A stretch of 64,000 nucleotides of DNA from the sequence record NC_061418.1; one strand, 5' to 3'. This document shows, one piece after another, positions 7,610 through 18,474 of this stretch. The stretch's first letter is position 1. Every line of letters begins with the position of its first letter. The notes beneath the pieces were generated by a model. The model had not been told where the DNA came from, did no database searches, and worked only from the letters and a program-made list of their open reading frames with translations. The translations under genes and the position numbers were made by a program.

Positions 7610-8656
7610 TTATAACCCGATTTGTTTCGCCAGTCGGCAATAACCACGATAGAATGCGTCGATCAGAAGATTCTCCAGAAGCGGAATGGAAGCGATACTC
7701 TGTCCAAAGACGTTGTAGTTCCAGGTGACGTGTTTGCGTACCGCACAGGTGTTCTCGGGTCGTGGGCCTTTCACCATATAGGCAATATCACCTACGCTGG
7801 AAGTTAACACCCAACGCCCCTGATCTTCCCGGTATTCGACGTCCGTGATAAAGCGATCGGTTTTAAACTCTTCTTCGCTCAACGGTGAACCGATGATATC
7901 TTCCACTGCTTTTCGCATGTAAGAATCAATCAGCGGGATTTTCTCGACGTTTCCGTCGATATGGTAACCAAACCCCTTACCGAGTATTGACCCTACGTAG
8001 AAGCCTTCACAGGTGTCTTTATCGTTGGATCGATTAATCAGCTTTAGAACAAGGTCGGTTGTGCTGTCAAAGAACAGGGCAACGTTCGGGAGAAACTGGT
8101 ATTCACCGCGGCGTTGACAAACCACTTTGTGCGCCCAGCTTAATTCGAAGTGTTCCCGCATGTACAGGATAAAATCTTCACCCAGTTGTTTCTGCCAGGT
8201 ACGGCCGTAAAAGTCACCGGTCCACGTACTCTTGTCGTCGGCCATGGTTCCGACTGCGATCGGGCGACCATTCATCAACAACGTCCGCTGCATGACATGA
8301 ATTTTAAAACGACAGTTGAGCATAAACCGTGCTCGCGCTTTCTGACCAATAAACCCTTGGAAAGCGTGTTGGATCGCCAGGAAACTAAACGGGCTTTTCG
8401 TTTCCTGAGTGAAATGATACCGCGTAGTATCGCCGCCTTCGGTAACGAAGACAAGGTGTTTCATTTCTAAGGTAGGGTTAGTGCTAAACCGTAAAACAAT
8501 ATTGTCGTCCTTGTCCGTAAAGATAAATCCGTTTTCGTTACGATAACCAAAAAGACGATCTTTTTTACTGATCTCCAAAACCCCTTCGTAGTGAAAATCA
8601 GTCCCTGTTTTCTTATCGTAAACGGTACTGTAAACAAACGTTTCTATCGTTGCCAT
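7610..8656 (-). CDS. hypothetical protein
   Basis: 348-aa ORF with AAGGAG RBS and an upstream TATATCAC motif. Confidence 0.8.
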   Translation of the reverse strand: MATIETFVYSTVYDKKTGTDFHYEGVLEISKKDRLFGYRNENGFIFTDKDDNIVLRFSTNPTLEMKHLVFVTEGGDTTRYHFTQETKSPFSFLAIQHAFQGFIGQKARARFMLNCRFKIHVMQRTLLMNGRPIAVGTMADDKSTWTGDFYGRTWQKQLGEDFILYMREHFELSWAHKVVCQRRGEYQFLPNVALFFDSTTDLVLKLINRSNDKDTCEGFYVGSILGKGFGYHIDGNVEKIPLIDSYMRKAVEDIIGSPLSEEEFKTDRFITDVEYREDQGRWVLTSSVGDIAYMVKGPRPENTCAVRKHVTWNYNVFGQSIASIPLLENLLIDAFYRGYCRLAKQIGL

Positions 8657-8725
8657 GTCGATCTCCTTTTAGTGTGGATAATAAAAAGAATGTCAGCAAT
8701 AACGCCGACATTCTGTTGCGTATTT

Positions 8726-8740
8726 CAATAGAGTGATATA
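8726..8740 (-). promoter_or_regulatory. candidate early promoter TATATCACNNTATTG
   Basis: Minus-strand TATATCAC-TC-TATTG. Confidence 0.6.
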
Positions 8741-8758
8741 TTCGTCTATTGTTTTCGA

Positions 8759-10933
8759 TTACCTATAGAAATTCGTCCCCATGTATTTTTGGAAGTCAGC
8801 GTGACGATTAGCGTTCATCTCCTCGATCTTACCTGCCACGTTAATCGGCTCTGCACCCGCCTCTTGTAAACACTCGTTAAGGTAATTGAGACGTCGTTCA
8901 AGCTTCATACTGATAATTGGATTATCGGCATTTTCGATGGCTGACAATGTCTTTTCAATTTCACGGTGGAGGAAATCAATCTCTTCCTGCTGCTCGTCAA
9001 TTTCCTGCGCATTCCCTGCCAACGCATCTACTGCCCCCGTCAATACCCTTCTGGAATCTAACCCGTAATAGTCTAAGTTCGACCCGTACAATAACAGATA
9101 GACGGTCAGAAGGTAGGCGATAACGGTATCGTCATGTCCACCCGGTGGATGGTCAATTCTTCCGTTCTTCTCGACCAACCCGGTCAATTCCGCAATGAGA
9201 ATTTTATCATGAAGTCGTGTAGCCCCTTTCTGCATGGCGATCTTCAAAACGGTTTCGTAAAGCTGACGTCGGGTGGTGGTTCCCGTGCAGAAACCAAACT
9301 TCGTTTTACGACGAATATAGAATGCGTCATCACGACGGTTCATGTCACCCTGCAGCTCAAGGAACGCCGCGGTGTCCACTGACTTATTATCGACAATTAA
9401 GTTAAAGATTCGTTTGAACGGATCAATTCCCTTGCTGTGCAATATCAGACAGAGGTAATCAATAAACGTTTGTCCGGTGGATTTACGTTCTGGGATGAAG
9501 ACAGCCTTAGGATAAGAAATTAACAGATCACCTAAGAACTCAGCGTATTTAGGAATCAGTGCTTCGTTGATTACTGAAATCCCGATAACGTCCGCAGTAT
9601 AAGGATCAAGGAACACCAACGACAGCGCATCTCGTCCACCGCCTTCTGAGGTATCGGCCCCAATGACAAAGGTCATTGTCTTACGATTTGCATCCAGATA
9701 TTCTTTGGAGACATACCAGTGGACAATGTAACCGTTCCTGAAGATTTCGGAATAATCGGAATAACGCTGTGAGGCAATGGCTTTCGCTAACAACTCTTTA
9801 TCAATTGGGTTGTTCGTCCCTGCTGCGGTCCAGATGTTAAAGAAGTCACGGTCTGCTTCTGGACCACGTGCCATAGCACGACGCATGTTCTCGTAATGCT
9901 GTTCGTCAGAGACCCCAACCTGGTTGTGACTCCACGTTCCGTTGATTAAGAGTTTCGCATCAGAGGATTTCAGATTGCGCTGAACGATCTCACGAAGTTC
10001 TTCTTGACTCCCTGCGTCGTAAAAGTGCTCAGACCACCGAGCAGCTTCGTTCCACATTTTGAAAACAAAGCGACCATCACGAGACGTTTGGTCACCCGCG
10101 GTAGTGGTCATGATACTGCCCCAGGGCATGTTTCTCGCTTTCGCTTTTTGAATCGCGGCGTTCATACCGGGCATTGCTGCTTTAAACGCAATTTCGATAT
10201 AGTTGATGAAGGGGGTTTCATCCCAGCCTACCGTAGGCGAGGTGTTACCACGGCCAACTTTATTCGCACCACCTGGGTCAGAACGAGATACTGCTACCGC
10301 AAACAAGTTACCACGGGTGTTATAGGTCACCTTCTCGTTAGCAATCGTGTCTGAACGGTCTGTTACTGTCAGATAAGGTGGTAAGTATTCACGGATACGA
10401 CGTATCATCGTGGTTGTTTCAGAACGTAATTCGTCTGATTTGGTCACGAGTGAGATACGGGCCTTTGTATATCGCATATACAGCAGCCAGGAGTAAAGAC
10501 AATAAGAGATAAGTGACTTACCAGTCTGACGGGGTTGTATCAACAGGTAATCGATATGGTTCATGTACGACCAGATCAAAGACATGTTCGCGCGGTTTGC
10601 TCTTAAAAGATCACCTTCTTCACCGACAACCGGCGGAACGCGAAGACACTCTCTGAGATAATACCAGATGTTATATTCCGCTTCGATCTTAATTGCGATC
10701 ATCTGTTCTTCAGTCAGATCGGGACTGAAAGGATCGACACCGACAAGGTCCGGGTTTAAAAGTGCAATCGGCCAGTGGTGGTTTTTAATTCCCATGTTTT
10801 GTAAGACACCGACAAAACGTAGGAATTCTTTGTTTGGTGTATCCCAATCCGGGATAGCAGAGGGATGATAATCCCAATCGCTAAGGTGGAGAATAGGACG
10901 CGAATCATTCTCTAGAATAATGGAGGAGGTCAT
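8759..10933 (-). CDS. terL: terminase large subunit (phiKZ gp25-like)
   Basis: Walker A LLIQPRQTGKS, Walker B VGWDETPF, RNase H-like nuclease motifs VIGADTSEGGGRDA and GRIDHPPGGHDDTVIA; likely start ATG 10933. Confidence 0.93.
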   Translation of the reverse strand: MTSSIILENDSRPILHLSDWDYHPSAIPDWDTPNKEFLRFVGVLQNMGIKNHHWPIALLNPDLVGVDPFSPDLTEEQMIAIKIEAEYNIWYYLRECLRVPPVVGEEGDLLRANRANMSLIWSYMNHIDYLLIQPRQTGKSLISYCLYSWLLYMRYTKARISLVTKSDELRSETTTMIRRIREYLPPYLTVTDRSDTIANEKVTYNTRGNLFAVAVSRSDPGGANKVGRGNTSPTVGWDETPFINYIEIAFKAAMPGMNAAIQKAKARNMPWGSIMTTTAGDQTSRDGRFVFKMWNEAARWSEHFYDAGSQEELREIVQRNLKSSDAKLLINGTWSHNQVGVSDEQHYENMRRAMARGPEADRDFFNIWTAAGTNNPIDKELLAKAIASQRYSDYSEIFRNGYIVHWYVSKEYLDANRKTMTFVIGADTSEGGGRDALSLVFLDPYTADVIGISVINEALIPKYAEFLGDLLISYPKAVFIPERKSTGQTFIDYLCLILHSKGIDPFKRIFNLIVDNKSVDTAAFLELQGDMNRRDDAFYIRRKTKFGFCTGTTTRRQLYETVLKIAMQKGATRLHDKILIAELTGLVEKNGRIDHPPGGHDDTVIAYLLTVYLLLYGSNLDYYGLDSRRVLTGAVDALAGNAQEIDEQQEEIDFLHREIEKTLSAIENADNPIISMKLERRLNYLNECLQEAGAEPINVAGKIEEMNANRHADFQKYMGTNFYR

Positions 10934-10980
10934 AGAGTTTCCCTCTGACAACGAAAAGACAATATCATAGGGAATATAGC

Positions 10981-11010
10981 GGTACAGGAGGCCATTAAGC
11001 CTCCTGTACC
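10981..11010 (-). terminator. terminator-like hairpin between the baseplate operon and terL
   Basis: GGTACAGGAGGC-CATTAA-GCCTCCTGTACC, 12-bp perfect stem. Confidence 0.7.
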
Positions 11011-11024
11011 AAGGGTTTGTACTT

Positions 11025-12734
11025 TTAACTCAGTGTTTGACGTATGATCAAACCGGAAGACGCGAGTTGTAAATCCACCCCGTTCACTGAACGTACCCAA
11101 TGAACGAGCGCCAATTCACCTACGTGCCCACCAGTTGCAATGGTAAACGTCGTGTTCCAGGCAGAGATCGGTTGTCTGACTCGAATGTTATCCACCTGAA
11201 GAATGAAGTGCGTCGGCATCGGCGCTTCCGTTTCTGTCTCAGTGTCAAACAACGGGTGAAGACGGTAGTATAACCGATCCAACCATTCGTTCTGTGTCTG
11301 GGCTCCCATGGTAAGGTCAGTCGACCAAACCTGAGACGAAATGTATTTCAGACGACATTCTAACGATCCGCCGTAGTCTTCGTCACCCAGTTCGTAGTTG
11401 ACGTACCACGGACTATCAACGCCCGATTCACCATTGGCCATCAGGGTGATGTCGTTGCTCTGTACATGTCGATAGGAGCCAAACGAAGCAGAGACTTTGG
11501 AAATATCAAGCGCAAAGATCATGTGCTGTTTGGTGTTGTAAAGCGTAGGGTCCCAAACCGCCGAACCCGGCGACGCTTCGATGATATCGGTCACTTCGTA
11601 CATCGCCAGACGATCGAGCGAATACATAAAGTGACGGAGCTTAAACCCGTTACCGTTCCGCTGCCATTCCGGGAACATGAAGAGCTTAACCGCATAGGCA
11701 TTCGGTAAAGTTACAGTTTCGATCGTATAGGGAACCGTGATCGTTCCAGAAGCTGTCGTTGTCCCTTTAAAGCTCTCTGTCGTGTCGAGCTGATAGAAAA
11801 GCGTCAGTGGGCTGTTTTGACCCGATTGCGTCGGGATAAACTCCGCTAAACCAGACAGGTAGATCTTACTGCCGTCCACCGGTTTAATGACCGAGCTGCC
11901 ATCAGTGTACGTTACCTTCGCGCTGACATCGATGGAGGTCATCAGAAGATTGACCGGAACATTCAGGCGGTTAGGGTCGGTTGCCGACAGGTAACTGCTG
12001 ACCAAGGCGACCGAGTCAATAGAACGTTTCGCTGAATTCGATTGACGAATAATACCAGAGTCAACAACGGTCATTGTGAAACGGGACGTCGGCAACCCCG
12101 CAGCGTCGTAGAACACCACCAGGACTGTCTCACCGTTGGTGATTTTACGCGTAGCGTTGGCAGTCACGGGAATACGGTAATTACCGGTTCCATCCCCTTC
12201 GATTGTCATCAGAGGGATTTTATCGCTTTCGAGTTCACCGGACTGATTGTAATACGCTGAAAGCACTTCGAGGTTACCAGTACTGGACATGTTAGAGAAA
12301 ACTCGCACGTAAGTCGCAGTAGGTTGATAGGCTCTCATTAAACTGTCGAATGCCATCTCCGGTGGTGAAACGGTATTGTCGACATAAACGAAATAGCCAG
12401 GTTGCGGGTAACGGCTACCGACTCCCAGCAGAATATCGATGGAGTTATCAATCGTAGTAGGAACGTTGTACGCAATCCACTTAGAAAGTAATGTTGAGGT
12501 ATCGACTTCGGTAACAATATAGAGACCTGAAGTTTTGTCGAAGATACGGTTACCAACATTCGGCACAAACCGGCCTTTGTTACCGCTACCAATCCCTGCT
12601 GGTCCGACATAGATCTCGGACATGTCCCATTCTTTCCATAATCCATTCGGGTTCCAAATGGGGACGTCAGACGGCGTACTGTCCGTTAACGCTAATGCGT
12701 AACGCACCCCACTACTCGTGGTCGATGTGGTCAT
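11025..12734 (-). CDS. virion structural protein, probable baseplate component (phiKZ gp26-like)
   Basis: 569 aa, beta-rich with an Ig-like segment (VSAKVTYTDGS); lies between terL and sheath as in phiKZ/SPN3US. Confidence 0.7.
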   Translation of the reverse strand: MTTSTTSSGVRYALALTDSTPSDVPIWNPNGLWKEWDMSEIYVGPAGIGSGNKGRFVPNVGNRIFDKTSGLYIVTEVDTSTLLSKWIAYNVPTTIDNSIDILLGVGSRYPQPGYFVYVDNTVSPPEMAFDSLMRAYQPTATYVRVFSNMSSTGNLEVLSAYYNQSGELESDKIPLMTIEGDGTGNYRIPVTANATRKITNGETVLVVFYDAAGLPTSRFTMTVVDSGIIRQSNSAKRSIDSVALVSSYLSATDPNRLNVPVNLLMTSIDVSAKVTYTDGSSVIKPVDGSKIYLSGLAEFIPTQSGQNSPLTLFYQLDTTESFKGTTTASGTITVPYTIETVTLPNAYAVKLFMFPEWQRNGNGFKLRHFMYSLDRLAMYEVTDIIEASPGSAVWDPTLYNTKQHMIFALDISKVSASFGSYRHVQSNDITLMANGESGVDSPWYVNYELGDEDYGGSLECRLKYISSQVWSTDLTMGAQTQNEWLDRLYYRLHPLFDTETETEAPMPTHFILQVDNIRVRQPISAWNTTFTIATGGHVGELALVHWVRSVNGVDLQLASSGLIIRQTLS

Positions 12735-12735
12735 T

Positions 12736-15294
12736 TCAGGATTCCTTTATAAAGAAATAATTATTAAGCGACAGACGATTATTCAGGTAATACTGATTGA
12801 CGTTCTGAAGGAACTTCCAGCGCTTTGTGGTTACCGCGACGGCGGAGCTAAACGGATGTGCGTCAATGAAAATGTAGTTTGTATTCCAGACGCTTCGGCA
12901 CGGGTCAATATCGAGGTACTCGCTGTAGTTCTTCATGACACGGTCAAGCGAGACTTTGTCATTAACGTTCAGCGGCTCAGTGATGGTTCCGTTATCAAGA
13001 TCGAAGATCAGTCGTGTGATCACCACCGAGAACATCCGATAACGTTCGCTGATTGGGTTAGGGCCGGTTAAGACCTTCTCCGGGTACTTCAACGTCATGT
13101 AGTCACTGACACGTTTATCGCTCTCGGCGCCCATCTGAATCAACTCAGCGTTCGCATTCGTCGATATCCCGTACAGCGGAACGAAAACCGTCTCTTCGCA
13201 GTAAGGTAAGCCGTTAGGGAGCAACGGGATTTGTTTTTCGTCAGCGTCTTCAATAAACGGTACTGTTGAAGGGTCAACCACTTTCCCGTCAATAATCGTA
13301 CGTATAACCTTGTCGTCACGAATATCAAACGTACCGTTCACACTGACATAACCGTGATCCACGAATCCGATATTCAGCGGTCTTTTGTACTTCGCGCTTG
13401 GCGTTTCCCAACCTAAACAGGCAAAGGTAAAGTTTTGACTGTTACCTAACGTTTCATCGTAGTAACGATTGGTGATGACCGTTCCTTTATTTCCGTCCAG
13501 GATATAGTCGAGCCCTTCAATCAACGGATGGCCATTCATCCACACGCGCAGTTGTTGTGGCCGAATAGGAAGAATCGTCCCGAGCGTCTTACCGTAGGTC
13601 AGTGTAAAGCGGAAGATCCCGTCCGAACTCCCTACAACCTGATCGTATACAAGCGCCTCAGAGCTACTGAGGATCAGGCCCATGTTTCTGGCCTTGACGT
13701 GAATCCACGTGACGACATTATTTAAGACCGTGTAATCCGTCCCTTCTACGGCAGGTACCCAGACGTCGGAGACAACTCCTTTGTTGATCGCCGCTTTAAA
13801 GAAGTAGTATTGGTACTTATCGTCCAGCGTGTAGTTGTTGTTACTGGGCGCCCAGGTAATGGCTTTCTTACCCCACCCCATGAACCCCTCTACCAGCGCA
13901 GCCCGCTCATTCTTCACGAAGTAGCGTTCCGAGTAACCGTGCTGATTCCAGCCCAACAACACCCCGTCTTCGTCGTACTCAAAGAGCGTAGAACAGAGCG
14001 AGAGTCCAAAGGGTAGATCGACAAAACCGCCGTTCGAGGAAGGTGTCACCTTCGTTGGGTTTAACGCAAAGAGTTTTGCTAATGCGTTGTAGCCGTAAGC
14101 GTTGATGACATCCGTCGCTGTAAACGAGCCCCAGAAGTTTCGCATGATCGCCGTATAAAGAGAGTTTTCCAGGTTCTCTACACGCCACTCAGCCAACGTG
14201 GAATCGAGTCCAATCATTGCTCTGAGAATGTCAGTGTCGCTTAAACGGTAAAGTGTTTCAATCCGATTCACCTCGTCGATGAGAGGGCGTTTAAAACCGG
14301 ACTCACGAAGATGAAGACGAATATAAAGGTTGTCGTACGTTGTCCAGCCATCATTCAGATAAGCCGAAACATAACCCGTCGGAATACTGTAATCAGCATG
14401 AGTTACGTTACGCAGACTGTTCTCTTTATTGCGGTGATAATAGCGACCTGAAACCGAATCATTCGCGCCGACTTTGTACATGAACAAATCGATATCGTCG
14501 ACGTAATAGATTTCGTTATCGTGCGTATTTTTACTCGGGTGCAGCAGATACTTCTTCAGGTTGTCTAACGTCGACGTATAGTCGTACAGCGACGAGACTT
14601 TGAAGTCCACTACGTGACTCACCGCGGCGTCGTAAACTGCCTCAACCAGGTCACCAATGGAAATATCAGTCGATTTGATTTCCGGCTTCCACACGCCATT
14701 ATGGTAAATATTGGTTACACCGGTTAAGGTTTGCAGCGGCCGCAACCCATTAATAAACGCAGCGATATCAGTTTGCTTAGTAATCTCTCTGCCGATATAA
14801 GCCACTTTCTGACCGATGTTATTACTTCGCTCTGAACGGAAAAAGGCGTTGTTGTAAATTCTGAGATACGCTTTCTTTTCACTTAACTCGCCAAAGATAG
14901 CGTGCTCTTTAATCGCAATGATCAAATTGTCGTCGTAGGTACGAAGAACGTAACTGCTAAAGAGCGGGAGTTTAACGCCCGTTTCCAGATAGAGGTCAAT
15001 GATCAGCGCAGTCGCTTCGCTGTAAGGTCCCAGCGCCATCCATTTTCCGCGAACGTCAGGGAGACCTGTACGCCAACGACTGTTTGCCCCGATCTGATAA
15101 AGATGATAAACGTCGCCTTCGGTAGGTAATGGGGTATCAACCCAGAGAATGGTACTGGAAACTTTCGCACCACTGTCTCGACTGATTCGCGTCAGATCGA
15201 GAATGACCTGACGATCCTGAATAGGTGCACACCACAAATTCGTGCGTGCATGATCGAGAAGGAAACTTTCGGTTACGGAATTCATTACACGCAC
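12736..15294 (-). CDS. virion structural protein, probable baseplate wedge-like (phiKZ gp27-like)
   Basis: 852 aa; conserved synteny in the terL-sheath block; LRVWMNGHPLIEGLDY motif. Confidence 0.7.
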   Translation of the reverse strand: MRVMNSVTESFLLDHARTNLWCAPIQDRQVILDLTRISRDSGAKVSSTILWVDTPLPTEGDVYHLYQIGANSRWRTGLPDVRGKWMALGPYSEATALIIDLYLETGVKLPLFSSYVLRTYDDNLIIAIKEHAIFGELSEKKAYLRIYNNAFFRSERSNNIGQKVAYIGREITKQTDIAAFINGLRPLQTLTGVTNIYHNGVWKPEIKSTDISIGDLVEAVYDAAVSHVVDFKVSSLYDYTSTLDNLKKYLLHPSKNTHDNEIYYVDDIDLFMYKVGANDSVSGRYYHRNKENSLRNVTHADYSIPTGYVSAYLNDGWTTYDNLYIRLHLRESGFKRPLIDEVNRIETLYRLSDTDILRAMIGLDSTLAEWRVENLENSLYTAIMRNFWGSFTATDVINAYGYNALAKLFALNPTKVTPSSNGGFVDLPFGLSLCSTLFEYDEDGVLLGWNQHGYSERYFVKNERAALVEGFMGWGKKAITWAPSNNNYTLDDKYQYYFFKAAINKGVVSDVWVPAVEGTDYTVLNNVVTWIHVKARNMGLILSSSEALVYDQVVGSSDGIFRFTLTYGKTLGTILPIRPQQLRVWMNGHPLIEGLDYILDGNKGTVITNRYYDETLGNSQNFTFACLGWETPSAKYKRPLNIGFVDHGYVSVNGTFDIRDDKVIRTIIDGKVVDPSTVPFIEDADEKQIPLLPNGLPYCEETVFVPLYGISTNANAELIQMGAESDKRVSDYMTLKYPEKVLTGPNPISERYRMFSVVITRLIFDLDNGTITEPLNVNDKVSLDRVMKNYSEYLDIDPCRSVWNTNYIFIDAHPFSSAVAVTTKRWKFLQNVNQYYLNNRLSLNNYFFIKES

Positions 15295-15302
15295 CTTCTA
15301 CT

Positions 15303-16241
15303 TTAATAAGTTTTCTCGTGATGATTCGCCGTCAATGCGATCAGGTCGTTAACACGAGCAACGAAATCGTCGGTTTTCAGATTACGACCTTCACGGTCAA
15401 TCAACTGCGTTAACCATGCTTTACGGTATTGCTTTTCACCTGCACACGCTGAATAAATCATGGCAATAAACATCGGTGGGTATTCGAGCGCCACGGCCAA
15501 TTGCTCACGGACTTCTGAACTACCAAACCAGCTAGTTGATGTCAACGTCCAGAGAATGCGTTTGTCAATTCGTTTCAGTGATAAGCTCTCACCGAATTCA
15601 GCTAACGCTTTGCAATAGTCATCGAGGTTCGCCATGTAGCCAACCGGACGCAACCACAGATCCAGTTTCTGGTAAGGGATATTCAGGATGCGACTGATCT
15701 TCACGCAGAAGACCTCGTGACGACGATCGTTAAAGTCTTTCGCATCGCAGTGTAAGCAGTAGTAATAATAAGCAGTGATTGCTTTGAGTTTCTCTGCAAC
15801 CAGCTCATTCAGGTTCAGTTTGTTTTTGAGCAGCCCAGTTAACCACTTAGCAAAGATTGCCAACGGGACATCGACGTTGAAATAGAACGCATCGATATTC
15901 CCTTCCGACCAAGCCATCTCCAGAACAGCACGGCGGAAAATGATCCCGACAGAACCTTCATTAACAAAGTCTGTGGTACCGTCTGCATTTAATTTTAACG
16001 TCCCGCGGTAAGGGCGAAGATCAATATATGTATACGGTATACTTTGAACTTCTTGAGAAAGGGGATGACGAAAGACAGGGATGGCTTCCAATTCTGGGGT
16101 TTTCTCCAGTACCGCGAACAGCCCTTTAAAGTGGTTAATTGGGGTTAATGCACCTTCTGCGTTCGCCACCAACATCTTCCCGGGTAGACTCGCAGGAAAA
16201 ATAGAACTGCCGGCTGAGGTGTCAAAACTGTGTTTAAACAT
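15303..16241 (-). CDS. virion-associated protein (phiKZ gp28-like)
   Basis: 312 aa, divergent from the sheath gene; synteny. Confidence 0.6.
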   Translation of the reverse strand: MFKHSFDTSAGSSIFPASLPGKMLVANAEGALTPINHFKGLFAVLEKTPELEAIPVFRHPLSQEVQSIPYTYIDLRPYRGTLKLNADGTTDFVNEGSVGIIFRRAVLEMAWSEGNIDAFYFNVDVPLAIFAKWLTGLLKNKLNLNELVAEKLKAITAYYYYCLHCDAKDFNDRRHEVFCVKISRILNIPYQKLDLWLRPVGYMANLDDYCKALAEFGESLSLKRIDKRILWTLTSTSWFGSSEVREQLAVALEYPPMFIAMIYSACAGEKQYRKAWLTQLIDREGRNLKTDDFVARVNDLIALTANHHEKTY

Positions 16242-16404
16242 TGCTTAATTCTCCGATAATGACCGTGACCTATAGAATGTTAATATGACGACGTTTCCGT
16301 ATTACCGGTAAACTATGGTTTAAAAACCACCCAAGCTTGGATTTAGCGTCATCAAGTAGCTACATAATTTATGCGGTACCCACTCTTTTTAAGAGGCAAA
16401 AGAC

Positions 16405-18474
16405 ATGTCAGAACAAATTACGGGATCAACACCCAGAATTTATTACCGCGGTACGAAGGATATTTCGTTCACCCGTTCTACGGGTTCAACGACGACCCTG
16501 GCTCTTCATCGACCGCTCATCATGTTCTTCGGCCAGAAAGGTCCAACTGTCCCTACCTGGATCGATCCGGTAAAATTCGAAGACATTTACGGTAGCGAAA
16601 CTACCAACCTTTCCGGCGTTTATGCGACCCACAGTACTCCTTTTATTAAGGAAGCGATTGCAGCGGGTAACCAGTTCCTGGCCTTGCGTCTGGAACCGGC
16701 AGATATCCCTGACGTCGCCACGCTGGGTCTCTCCGTCGATTGGGTAAAAACCAAAATCGACGACTATGAGCGTAACGACGACGGAACTTATAAAACCGAT
16801 ACCAACGGTGACAAAATTCCGCTGGCCACGCAAGTAGACGGGATCAAGTTCCGCTTTGTTCTCTCTAAAATCGAGACGGACGAGTCGGGCGTTTCCCAGT
16901 ACAAAAAACGTACCGCTTCTGCGGGGACAATCGGTACCGCTGAGAACCCGTCAACGATCACGCCACTGGCCGATTTCCGTTGCCGTTATAAATCGTCTCT
17001 CGGCGCGAATACAGCGATCCGTATTTGGGCACCGACTGTCAATTCGACTCAGGCCGCTGATGCCGATCTGCAAGAACGTATCAAATCGTTCCTGTACCGC
17101 TTCCAGCTCCTGACCCGTACCGATAAAAACAGTTCACCAACTATTTTTGAGACGATCTATAATGAAGCGTCTCTGTCGGTCGGTTTCGGTGAGAACTTAG
17201 TCGATCCGCAGACCGAAGTGGTTTACGATTTCGCGGAACGTATCGAAAGTCGTTACAACGACGAAGATCCATCGACTTACCTGATGTCGCCGATCGATGC
17301 GCCGTACCTGTATCAGTCCAACATTGATACCGTCCTGAAAGCAGTACAGTCGGTGGAATCCACCTTCGGTACGGTTTCTGACGATGAAGCGGATCTCTAC
17401 ACAATTAACCTGTTCGGCGCGCAGACGGTAGAGGGTGTACCGTATCACGCTGTTCAGATTATGGGCGTACTGGATGGCGGCGTCACGCTGACAGAAACCT
17501 CCACCAACTACCTGCAAGGCGGTGGTGACGGTACGCTGGGTAACGCCAGTTTCAACGCTGCCGCTAACCTGGTGCTGTCCAACATGTCCAGCGGCGCATC
17601 TTTCAATATCGGTAACTACGCGCGTTATCCGTTCAATGCGTTCTGGGACTCCGGTTTCGACCTGAAGACCAAACAACTGATTCCGCAACTGATCGGTCTG
17701 CGTGCAGACACCTGGATCGCCCTGTCGACTCAGGACATCAGTCTCGACTTCAACAGCAATGAAGAAGAAGAATCGATCGCGCTGTCCCTGATGTCTCGCG
17801 TAAACGCTTTCCCGGACTCTTCTGATTTCGGTACCCCGGCGTTCCGTGGTATGATCGTAGGTGGTGCAGGTTATTACACGGAAACTACGCGTAAGCTGGC
17901 GGTCCCGCTGACCCTCGACCGTTTCCGTGCTTACTGCCAGTATGCCGGCGCTTCTGACGGTGTGCTCAAACCGGAATACGCGGTGGATGAAGGTGAGAAC
18001 CGGAAAGTCCAGGTGGTTAAAAATATTAACAACCTCGACAAATCCTGGCGCGTTCGTCGTGCACAGTGGAACAACAACCTGGTTTACGTAGAAGACTACG
18101 ATACCGGTTCGCAGTTCTACCCGGGCCAGCAGTCGTTCTACAGCGAACAAGGTTCCGTACTGAAGGCGGCTATCGTGGGTCTGTGCGTGGCTAACCTGAA
18201 CCGCTTCGCTTTCGAAGCGTGGCGTGACCTGAGCGGTACTCAGAAACTCACCGACGATCAGTTGATTGAGCGCTCTGACGAAATCGTGAGCACCCGCGGT
18301 GCCGGTGCCTTCGATAACCGCCTGATCTTCACGCCGCATTCTGAGATTACCCAGGCCGATAAAGAACGTGGTTATTCTTGGTCTATGCGCATTGACTTCG
18401 GTGCTAACGCGTTCCGTACCGTAATGGATATGTCTTCTGTCGCATACACCAGAGAGGAATTAGCAAATGGCTAA
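16405..18474 (+). CDS. contractile tail sheath protein (phiKZ gp29-like)
   Basis: 689 aa; N-terminal TPRIYYRGTKDIS, YLQGGGDGT and FWDSGFDLKTK motifs of phiKZ-type sheaths; immediately followed by the tube gene. Confidence 0.9.
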   Translation: MSEQITGSTPRIYYRGTKDISFTRSTGSTTTLALHRPLIMFFGQKGPTVPTWIDPVKFEDIYGSETTNLSGVYATHSTPFIKEAIAAGNQFLALRLEPADIPDVATLGLSVDWVKTKIDDYERNDDGTYKTDTNGDKIPLATQVDGIKFRFVLSKIETDESGVSQYKKRTASAGTIGTAENPSTITPLADFRCRYKSSLGANTAIRIWAPTVNSTQAADADLQERIKSFLYRFQLLTRTDKNSSPTIFETIYNEASLSVGFGENLVDPQTEVVYDFAERIESRYNDEDPSTYLMSPIDAPYLYQSNIDTVLKAVQSVESTFGTVSDDEADLYTINLFGAQTVEGVPYHAVQIMGVLDGGVTLTETSTNYLQGGGDGTLGNASFNAAANLVLSNMSSGASFNIGNYARYPFNAFWDSGFDLKTKQLIPQLIGLRADTWIALSTQDISLDFNSNEEEESIALSLMSRVNAFPDSSDFGTPAFRGMIVGGAGYYTETTRKLAVPLTLDRFRAYCQYAGASDGVLKPEYAVDEGENRKVQVVKNINNLDKSWRVRRAQWNNNLVYVEDYDTGSQFYPGQQSFYSEQGSVLKAAIVGLCVANLNRFAFEAWRDLSGTQKLTDDQLIERSDEIVSTRGAGAFDNRLIFTPHSEITQADKERGYSWSMRIDFGANAFRTVMDMSSVAYTREELANG

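Noticed and set aside
8759-10933. Intein or intron in the terminase
   Set aside because: Continuous ORF of the size expected for phiKZ-type TerL; no C/S...HN splice motifs or homing endonuclease
17197-18339. 380-aa antisense ORF inside the tail sheath gene
   Set aside because: Fully opposite a strongly codon-biased, highly expressed gene; no RBS or protein motif; typical shadow ORF
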